64,000 bases of DNA from Basidiobolus meristosporus CBS 931.73. Its lineage: Eukaryota; Fungi; Basidiobolomycota. The stretch's first letter is position 1. Each line of letters opens with the position of its first letter. The DNA is taken from contig MCFE01000176.1 of assembly GCA_002104905.1 (NCBI GenBank), positions 1 through 64,000 on the forward strand, written 5' to 3'. Below, one piece after another: positions 49,983-60,369 of the stretch. The notes beneath the pieces were generated by a model. The model ran no database searches. It saw only the letters and a list, made by a program, of their open reading frames with translations, and was not told the DNA's origin. The position numbers and the translations under genes are program-made.

Positions 49983-51053
49983 TGTAGTGGGGTGACAGTG
50001 ACACCCACTGACAGATATGCTCAATCCCATATTTTCTACTTCCCTGTATCTCTACTACACTTACTTTAGTTTTATCCCATTTGACTTACCTGATCAATAT
50101 TATGCCAAAAGCTGGTTGACTATCACACCTGCTTACTTTATTGCATAAGTTACCCCTCACTTTATGTAAGATTACTAGCTATAAGTGCTTCTATATTAGG
50201 CAAGTACCCACGCCAGTACCTGTGACACATGGTCAACCCGTGTCACCATCCCCACCATTTCCCTACCATATATGGTAGCCCTATGTTAAACAGGTTTTAG
50301 AATACTGATTCCTGATTGGTTGGATGTGCTGTGCCTCTTAGAACCTTCCAGCACCTACTTGGAACATTCTTAGGTCATTCTGATGTCATTAAGATCTCTA
50401 TTGATATCCAGAACCTTCTGGAACACAATGATTAGTAATCACTTAGCCAGTGAGAAAAGTATATAAGGGAGGCCATCCCTCAACATTAAATCATCATCCC
50501 TTTTATCAATATACCAACTTGTTGATTAGTGTGATCACTGCTAACTGCTGCTACCTGTACTTCTAACCCCAGACCACAGGTCACTCCCAGGAAACTGCAC
50601 TGACAGCCAACTGACCTTGGAGGCACTACTTGTGAGGAATACTCAGAGTAGGTATCTTTTATAATATTTGATTCTTTCCCAAGTTTGTTCTTGTACAGGC
50701 AAAGATACTTTTCTGTCTTTGTAGCTACTGACCACAGTCACATTCTTATCAAGTCCCTGCTGATGAAGGTTACAGTTGTTTTGACCTTGGAAGCTTTAGT
50801 AAATTGTCATCTCAAAGGATGCTGAACCCAGCACATACTTTTGTTAAGATGCCAACCAAGTTGGGGATTGTGGCTCAATAATATTCCCTTGACAAGCTTG
50901 TGGCTTTATTCCCCATCACATTAGATTAGAGACAGAACCCAAGTATTCCTAGCAAGCTTTTGCCAGAGGTTATTGCACCCAGTGAACACCCCACACACAA
51001 AACACTTATGAAGTATTGGACGTATCTCTCCCTTGGACTTATACACCACCAAA
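49983..51053 (+). mobile_element. Family X solo-LTR-like element (1071 bp)
   Basis: TGTAGTGGGG start; CCAAT-like gattggttgg and TATA gtatataagg; 4-bp TSD GCGG/GCAG. Confidence 0.88.
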
Positions 51054-51450
51054 GCAGGCTCTTGAAGAAGCCACTGGCTTTTAGCCATGGCACCCTTATT
51101 CTTCTGCCTTTAATAGTTTCTGCTATTCTTAAGATACTTTCTTTGAATAGCAATGCTGGTCCAAAATCTGTTTGCCTGTTTGAGCCCAGGATAATGCTCA
51201 TGGAACAGGTCAAGTGCATTCTGCTTGGCCTTGAGTTCTTGATGGTCCCACAGTTTGCCAGTGTTTAGGTGATGACATGCTAGACTTCTGATGGCCACTT
51301 GAATATTAGCCCACTCTTCATTATTGCACTTAATGGCTTTACAGATCTTCAATGTCTTTTGATTTTTAGGCTTTGGTACAAGCACCACATTGTCTCCCTC
51401 CAATGCTGTTATAGGCTTTTCTGTGGGCTTTATCTTTGGGCACTGTTGTT

Positions 51451-54400
51451 GTGCCTCATTAAGCCACAAGTGCCAATTGATGCCACAGTGTCTCAAGAGG
51501 GCCAGGTGAGCATATACTTGGACATAGAGTGTGAAACATAGCTCTGCATCTTCATGCAAAGTAACCCCTCTGTTTCACCCATTGTGCTGGAGAAAATTGA
51601 TTTTTTGACCTATTTTTTTTGGTCAATATTGTGCAGGATGTGTAAGAGAACCAAAAGATTGAAGACATGCATCTGGTACACAATACCCATGGCACCATGG
51701 ATCTTGCTCCTGTAGCTTGTATAATGTCACAAAATTCTTGGCACTATATTGGACCACTGGTACAATCAGGCACTCTATTTAAGTATTAGCCCTAAAGTAA
51801 GACCTATATAATGCACTTATAGTGCCAGATAGCACCAGTGGTCCAAGACAGTGCCATGAATTTTGTGACATTATACAAGCTACAGGAGCTAGATTCAGAG
51901 TGCCATGGGTATGGAGTATCATATGCATGTCTTCAGTCCCTCTGGACTCTCACACATCCTGAACTGCTGTAAGAGTCTTGGAGATATTGGAAGTGATTGG
52001 GAGCATAAGTAGAATATGTGGTTCTCACTTCATGATTTATTGAATGTAAAAGTGGTATTTATACTGTTACCTTGTCTTGGCATTACAAACATGTAGAATA
52101 GGTTAAGGAAGGTCCCAAGAGCATGTGTGCAAACTTCTAGGCTGTTTGAACAACTTTGAGAATTTTCATGTTCTGGGTACCTAGTAATTTGGTGAAAGTA
52201 TTCTAAGTAAATCTCAAGATGGAACTTGGTCATTATTTTCTAGGGTACCTGGTATTTTGGTGAAAATTTTTGAAGTAAATCCCAACAAGGAATTTGGTCA
52301 GTATTCTCTAGGATTTGAAGGTGATGGCCTAAGTGACTAAGTTAGGTGAATATTTAGGTGGAACTATGAATTTTTACAACACTCCCACTCAGCCAAATGT
52401 TCATACTGACTAGTCCTAATTTTGACCTAAGATATTCAAACTTGTCTCTAGCTAATGGTTTGGTAAATATATCTGCAATCATTTCATCTGTAGAACAGTA
52501 AACTAAGCTAACTAAGTTATTCTCTATAGCTTCATGTATGTAATGATGTCCAATATCTATGTGCTTAGTTTGAGCATGAAAAGTTGGATTTCTACCTAAT
52601 TGTATACATCCTTGATTATCTTGAAATAAAGTAATAGGCGTTTTTTGACATAGGCCTAAATCTGTAAAAAGTTTTCTTAGCCACATTGCTTCTTTTGTAG
52701 CTTCACAGGCTGCCATATACTCTGCCTCTGTGGTGGAAAGTGCTATGGTTGGTTGCTTTGTTGAATTCCATGAAATTGCTCCTTTACAGTAAAGAAAGGT
52801 GTATCCTGTGGTGGATCTTCTGTCTTCTAGATTTTGTCCCCAATCAGCATCAGAGTATCCCATAAGATCCTGTTCTGAATCCTTATAAGTGTATCTTAAG
52901 CAGATATCAGCAGTTCCTTTTGGGTATCTAAAAATCCGCTTAACTGCTGCAATATGATCAGATCCATAGTTCTGATTATGTTTGCTGACAACTCCCACTG
53001 AATATGATATATCTGGACATGTTCCAAGCATGATATACATCTGACTGCTGACCATAGATTGATAAGGAAAGTCAGGGCTTTCAGATTGCACCAAGCTCTC
53101 TTGATTTGGTTGAGTTTTGACCAAGTTAAGGTTTGTCTCCATTGGGGTAGCTGCTGGTTTACAGTCTTCCATTTGGTGCTTCTTTAGTATATCTTGAATA
53201 TACTTGGATTGACTTAGGGTGATAGTCTGGGTACTTCTCTCTATGGAGAACTTGATCCCTAAGTAGTAACTAAGTTCTCCTAGATTGGACATCTTGAACT
53301 CCTTAGATAGGCTGGATTTAGTCTCTTCCAATGTTACTAGGTTATTGGTGGCTATAATAAGATCATCCACATATAGAGCTAATAGAGCTGGATTTGCTCT
53401 ATCTGGCTTATAGTATATACTATAGTCAGCATTACTTCTTTTGAAACTCAAAGATTCCAAATAAGAATCTATCTTGCAATTCCAGGCTCTTGGTGATTGT
53501 TTGAGACCATATAGTGACTTTTTAAGCTTGCAGACCAAATGGGGGTTATCTTGGTGAGCAAACCCATCAGGCTAGTCTATATACATGTCCTCATCAAGTT
53601 CTCCATTCAAAAATGCAGTTTTTACATCCATTTGGTGAATAAAAAACTTATATTTGGCTGCAATAGCTAATATTAATCTGATGGAATTAAACTTGGCTAC
53701 CGGTGCAAAGGTCTCAGTATAGTCAAGTCCTTTTGTTTGAGAGTATCCTTTGGCTACAAGTCTTGCTTTGTATCTTTCAATTGTACCATCAGCCTTGTAT
53801 TTTGTCTTGAAGACCCATCTGCATCCAATTGATTTTTGGTTGACTGGTAATTTGACTAAGTCTCAAGTTTGATTTTCCATCAGGGCCTGATATTGCTCAG
53901 TCATTGCAGATCTCCAAAACTTTGTCTGAGGGCTATTTAGGGCCTTTTTTACAGTCTGGGGCTCATCAACATGGACTGAATAGGCATAGGCTAAGTTTGT
54001 ACCCTCATTGATATAGTAGTTTGGGCTATTTCTTGTCCAATTAGATCTCCAGGTATTTGATACTGGAATGATCACTTCTGGGATATTCCTGGGCACTGAT
54101 TCAGGCTGAATCATGGTTGTAGAGTCCTCTGGAGTGAAAAAATTTTCATTGTTTTGCTCAGATTCCATCCTTACAATTGGTGGACTTGAGATCAAATTTT
54201 TTTCATCATCTGATGTCATTTTTTGTGAAAATTTTGAATTTTCATCAAACAACACATCTCTGGACTTGATCAGCTTCTTTGCTTTGGTATTGTAGAGTCT
54301 GTATGCCTTACTCTCATTGCAGTAGCCCAAAAATATGCATTTTACACTTTTTGGTTCAAATTTTGTCTGATTTCCGGCCAGTTTTTTTGGCATATGCTTT

Positions 54401-56921
54401 ACACCCAAATATTCCTAGATGCTCTGCACTTGGTCTGTATCCATACCATGCTTCACATGGAGTAGAATCACAAAGTATTCCGTTATAACTCCTATTCTTA
54501 AGATATACAGCAGTGGCAACTAATTCCGCCCAAAAATCATAGAATAACTTTTGATCATGGATCATTGATCTTGCCATATCAATTATTGATCTGTTGGTAC
54601 GTTCTGCTACTTTATTTTGCTGTGGGGAGTATGGTACCATAGTCTCTTGCTTTATCCTATGAATTTTGCAGAAGTGGATGAAGAGTTTTGAGGCATATTC
54701 TCCACCATTGTCAGTGCATATTTTCTTGATTCTTTCACCAGTTTCTCTCTCCACCATGGCTTTAAACTCCCTGAACTTAGACAGAGCTTCTTCCTTTCTC
54801 TCCATGAAGTAGACACATGTGTATCTTGTATAATCACCAATAAAAGTGATTAAATACTTCATCCCGCCTAAGGATAAATTTTGCAAAGGTCCACACAGAT
54901 CTGAGTGAATTAGATGTAATTTTTTCTTAGTTTTGATTAGCCCAGAGCTCTTGAACGGTTGTCTGGCTTGTTTTGCATATATGCAGGCTTCACAATGCTC
55001 CAAATTAGCTTGGGGATCAATTTTCACTCCAGAAATTAGCTGATCTTTGATCATTTTACACAAATAATCAAAAATGATGTGTCCAAATCTCCTGTGCCAA
55101 AGCATTGGTGTTTCTTCATTTAAGTTACTTATATTGGCTTCCAGATATGATGGAATATAAGTCAAGTTGTACAGACTCTGATCTCTGATGCCCAAAGCAA
55201 TATGGGCACCATTTTGATCAGTGATCCTGCATTCAGAACTGTCAAAACTGAAACTGAGTCCTTCTGCTGTAGCCTTGCTTACAGAGAGTAGGCTCTTGGC
55301 TATTTCTGGTGCATAGAGTACTTCTTTAAAGGTCAGTGTATGGCTTCCTTCACTGCTTCTAAGGTTTACTTGGATAGTTCCTTCCCCCACTGCATCAAGT
55401 GTTCTATTGTCACCCATAAAAACCTTCTTAATTGGAATTTCTAGATATTGGGTAAAAAGTTCTTTTTGGTGTGTAAAGTGTTGAGATGCCCCAGAGTCAG
55501 TATACCACATCTGAGAATCCTTGTTTGTGGTCATATTTAGTGCAGATATGAATAGTCTATCTTCAGTTGTTGCAGCATTTCCATATTCAGGCTTCTTTTG
55601 CTGATAATCTCTCTTTTTGAGACACCGGTCTGATGTGTGTCCTTTCCTTTTGCAGTAGTTGCAAAGTAGGTTGCTGTAGCCTTTGTAGGGTCTTGGGTAC
55701 CTCCTTAGTTGGCTATCCTTGCTTATTAAAGCATTTTCTTCTTCCTTCTTATTGGCGCTGGATTTTCTTAATTCTTCATCCAGGAGCCTTCCATATACGT
55801 AATTTAAGGTCAAACCTTCAGTTCTGGACTCTAGGGCTGATACAAGGCCCTGAAACTTGTCTGTCAGGCTATTCAGGATGGTAACTATTGTATCCTCATC
55901 AGTAGTTTGTATGCCCACAGATTCCATCTCATCTACCAGCAGGGTAATTCTGATAATTGGATTTTTCATTTCTTCTCCTGGCAGCATCTTTGTAGTAAAG
56001 AATTGTTGTCTCCAATACATCTTCTTGGCAGCTGAACATGACTGGTAGGTGTCTTCTAATGCTTTCCAGGCATTTTTTGCCGTTTTTGCTCATGGGCATT
56101 GAATTAGCAATTTGTCCTTGACATTAAGGCAAATGCAGTTAAAGGCACTTTGTTCTTTCTTCTGGTACTTTAAGGCTTCCTCTCCCATGTTTTTAGGAGG
56201 GCATTCTTCTCTCATGACAATATCTCAAAGGCCTCTTTCTTGTAGCAGCATCTTCATCTTTACCTTCCACACTTGGTAGTTAGAGCCATCCAACTTTTCA
56301 GCAGAAGGAAATATTCTAGTAATAGCAGTAGTAGACATTGCAGAGTGTGACAGCTTGGGGCTCATAACCTGTTGTAAGAGTCTTGGAGATATTGGAAGTG
56401 ATTGGGAGTACAAGTAGAATATGTGGTTTTCACTTAATGATTTATTGAATGTAAAAGTAGTAATTATACTGTTACCTGGTCTTGGCATTACAAACATGTA
56501 GAATAGGTTAAGGAAGGTCCCAAGAACAGGTGTGCAAAGTTTGGGGCTGTTTGAACAACTTTGAGAATTTTCATGTTCTGGGTACCTGGTATTTTGGTGA
56601 AAATATTCTAAGTAAATCCCAACTAGGAATTTGGTCAGTATTCTCTAGGATTTGAAGGTGATGACCTAAGCAACTAAGTTAGGTGAATATTTAAGTGGAA
56701 TTACAAATTTTTACAACATGAACAATGTTGAATCAAAAAAAAAGGTCAAAAAATGGATGTTCTCCAGCAAAATAGGTGAAACACAGGGGCCACTTTGCAT
56801 GAAGATGCAAGCTATATTTCACACTCTCTGGCCAAGTATAGGCTCACTTGACCTCCTTGACACACTATAACATCATTTGGCACTTCTGGCTCAATGTGGC
56901 ACTATCCAACAGAACAAGTCT
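51451..56921. mobile_element. Foldback MITE copy split by copia copy 2 (51451-51964 + 56719-56921)
   Basis: Homologous to 59076-59797; right TIR ...ccaacagaacaagtct followed by att; outer ~20 nt of left TIR missing. Confidence 0.85.
51965..56718 (-). mobile_element. Full-length Ty1/copia retrotransposon (copy 2)
   Basis: LTRs 51965-52381 (417 bp) and 56370-56718 (349 bp); perfect TSD TGAAC; PBS GGTTATGAGCCC; long ORFs 54356-56020 and 52354-53538. Confidence 0.96.
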
Positions 56922-57573
56922 ATTGATTGCTCTACATGTATTATTCACTCATCCTGTTTTTGGACTATTTGCTGATTTCTCTGGGCCATTGCATCTATCC
57001 TATCAGCCACTGCACCTACTTGCTTCATCAATGCTTCAGTAAGAGCTGATAACATACTTGCCAATATGCATGGTGGTGATGTTATCATGGCCACCTGCTG
57101 ATCTACAACTGAGGGTACTGCATTTGCTACATTCTCCTCTGCCTGAGCATAATGGTCAGCTTGTGGCTCCATAAAGGCTCTCATTTGCCTACTTGACTGA
57201 GAGCCCAAGGAGTCTGCATTATTGCCTTCAATGGCCACACTGTTGACAGGGCCTTTTTGAATGTAGCCCCACTTGTTGCACCGAATGTCAAAGCAAGCTG
57301 TTGTCCAACCATTCTTCTGTTACTGTCAGTGGTGGGGCTTAGTTGAGAACAAGACAACTTTGCTTTATTTTCTGGCTGCATATATATTGAAGTGAGTCAA
57401 ACCAAAGGGGAAATACTGTTACATATACATGTGTATGTGGTGCCACAACTTTATTTATAATGCTCACTATGGTAGGTCATCATTAAATCTTACATTCATG
57501 TAGGTGCAATGTCTCAAATACTAGGCTGTCTTAAGTTCAGATGAGTATTGACTAAAAAATGATATAATAGTGT

Positions 57574-58652
57574 TGTGGTGGTGTAAAAGTCCAAAAGGCA
57601 AAATATAGCCAACACTTCTCCAGTGTGAATATGTGTGGGGTGTTCACTGGGTGCAATAACCTCCGGCAAAGCTTGCTAGGAATACTGGGTCTTTTGTCTA
57701 ATCTAATGTATGGGGAATAAAGCCACAAACTTGTCAAGGGAATACTTTTGAGCCACAATCCTCAACTTAGTTGGCATCTTAACAAAAGTATGTGCTGGGT
57801 TCAGCATCCTTTGAGATGACAATTTACTAAAGCTTCCAAAGTCAGAACAACTGTAAACTTCACCAGCAGGGACTTGATAAGAATGCAGCTGTGGTCAATA
57901 GTTACAAATACTGAAAAGTATCTTTGCCTGTACAAGAACAAACTTGGGAAAACAATCAAATATAATAAAATATACCTATTCTGAGTATTCCTCACAAATA
58001 GTGCCTCCAAGGTCAGTTGGCTATCAGCTCAGTTTCCTGGGAGTATTGTCAGGTCTGAGTCAGAAAGTAGTGGTAATAGGCAGTGGTGATCTCACTAATC
58101 AATAAGTTGGAATATTGGAAGAGGGATCATTTATTTTTAAGGGATAGCCTCCCTTATATACTTTTTTTGCTGCTCAAATTCTTGCTAGAAAATACTTTCT
58201 GGAAGTTTCCAGAAGGTAGTAGACAGCTAATCATGTCATTGTGTACTAACAATAGCTCAAACTCCTGGCAGATTGTTCCATGAGACATAGTAGTACCTAG
58301 CCAATCAGATAGTGGTAATATGAAACCTCTGTGTCATGTAGTTATCTCATATGGTAGTGGGATAGGAGGGTTATGAAACCAGGATGGTCACATGACAAAG
58401 GCACTGTTGGGGGTACTTGCCTTATATGGTTACTATCTTATCTTGGCATCTTGGCAAGGAATAGGAATAGCTTGTGCAATGGGTTAATAGTGACAAATAG
58501 CTTGCCAGGTCACATAATAATAATCACCTAGACAGATAGAAAATACTGCAATTTGGGATGATACTAATATAGGGGGGGGTAATCTTTTTTAGGAAAGTGA
58601 ACGCATGGGAATGAGCACATCTGCCTGTGGGTGTCACTGTGACCCCACTACA
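57574..58652 (-). mobile_element. Family X solo-LTR-like element (1079 bp)
   Basis: TGTGGTGGTG...CCCCACTACA; flanks GTGT/GCAT, both derivable from GCGT by CpG decay. Confidence 0.85.
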
Positions 58653-59075
58653 GCATTAAGTTTTTGAAGGTCAAACTATTTGCTCCATGGACAAGACTAC
58701 TTTGACTCAACACCATAAGAGAAGAGAAAAAGACCTACAAGGATGAGACAACACCCACTGAAACAAATGCCAAGGATACTTTATGGAGCCAAGTAAGCCT
58801 AGTAATCCATCTGCTGGTGAATGATGTAATGTTGTGGCTAGAGAAGTGGTGCATTTCCACTGATATCAGTAACAGGGGCTTTGAGGATTTATTACTACTT
58901 CTTGCCAAAATTATACCAGGATGAAACTTACCATGTACATGGTACAAGTGGACAACTGTCATGCAGCTGGCAGCATATAATTCAGAGACTGACCTGATTC
59001 CAGCATGTGTTAACAGTTGCATGGCCTAAGATCTTTTAAAAAATAGTTTCAAGACAGAAACATATCTTATTTATA

Positions 59076-59797
59076 AGACTTGTTCTGTTGGATAGTGCCA
59101 CAATGCCAAATGATGCCATAGTGTGCCAAGGAGGCTAAGTGAGCCTATACTTGGCCACAGGGCATGAAACATAGCTCTGCATCTTCATGCAAAGCAGCCC
59201 CTGTGTTTCACCTATTGTACTGGAGAAAATTCATTTTTTGACCTTTTTTTTGGATCAATGTTGTGCAGGATGTGTAAGAGCACAAAATGATTGAAGGCAT
59301 GCATCTGGTACTCAATACCCATGGCACTCTGAATTTAGATCCTGTGGCTTGTATCATGCCACAAAAATGCATGGCACTATCTTGGTGCACTGGTACTATC
59401 AAGCACTATATTTAAATATTAGGCCTAAAGTGAAACCTATATAAAGCACTTATAGGGCCAGATAGTACCAGTGAACCAAGATAGTGCCCTGCATTTTTGT
59501 GACATGACACAAGCCACAGGAGCTAGATTCAGAGTGCCATGGGTATTGAGTACCAGATGCATGCCTTCAATCATTTTGTGCTCTTTTGCATCCTGCACAA
59601 CATTGATCCAGAAAAAAAGCTCATAAAATGGATTTTCTCCAGCACAATGGGTGAAACATAGGGGCTGCTTTGCGTGAAAATGAAGAGTCATGTTGCACAC
59701 TCTGTGGCCAAGTTTTGGCCTGCTATGCCTTTCTGGCCTGCAACAGCACTATTTGGCACTCATGGCTCAATGTGGCACTATCCAACGGAACAAGTCT
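59076..59797. mobile_element. Foldback MITE, 722 bp, nearly all inverted repeat; shares TIRs with the PHIS element
   Basis: AGACTTGTTCTGTTGGATAGTGCCACA...TGTGGCACTATCCAACGGAACAAGTCT; ~340-bp arms; flanks ATA/ATT. Confidence 0.9.
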
Positions 59798-60369
59798 ATT
59801 CCCCTTTAGGAACACCAGCAAAAGGCATATCACATACAAGGTTATAGATACTCAAGAGCATAGCAACTTTGAGGTCATATACCTCATCTTTACCACCAAC
59901 ATAGGCAACCTTCTTGTTCTTGTTATAATGTTCAGGAAGGCCCTTCTTAACTACAATGTCTCTGGTGAAAGAATAATTCTTTGGGTCTCCAGGATGAGGT
60001 TCCCAAGTAGGAGTTTTAGGAGTAGGCTTGGAGCAACTTTTAGTAGTACTAGACAATTTAGTAGTACCAGGAGCTCTAGGAGCAAGCATTTTTCTAACTT
60101 TAATGCCTTCACCAAGATAATTAGAGATAAGGTTGTTAGTGCATTTGAGAACAGTATAGGAATATAAGCCTTCTTTAATAAGTTTGCTGCTAAAGTCAAA
60201 GTTGGCAAGCTATAAGCCATTGGCCAGGATATGGAATCAACTGGAAACTGGTGATAATTCAAATAGAGGGTATCTGTTGGAGCAAAAGCTTTCCACTGGG
60301 AGCAATGCATTTGCTTTTCAACAATATCCTTATACTGATGACCAAGTTGTACACGGGCATTTCAAGCTA

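Larger units (their letters stand above)
49000..57330 (-). pseudogene. Long accessory ORF of the CACTA-like element, broken by X solo element, foldback MITE and copia copy 2
   Basis: Fragments at 56945-57238, 51060-51450 and 49540-49980 become contiguous once the insertions are removed; 5' part homologous to 62950-63420. Confidence 0.55.

Noticed and set aside
51110-51559. 149-aa ORF as an independent gene
   Set aside because: Its N-terminus is read from MITE sequence; the rest is a fragment of the interrupted CACTA accessory ORF
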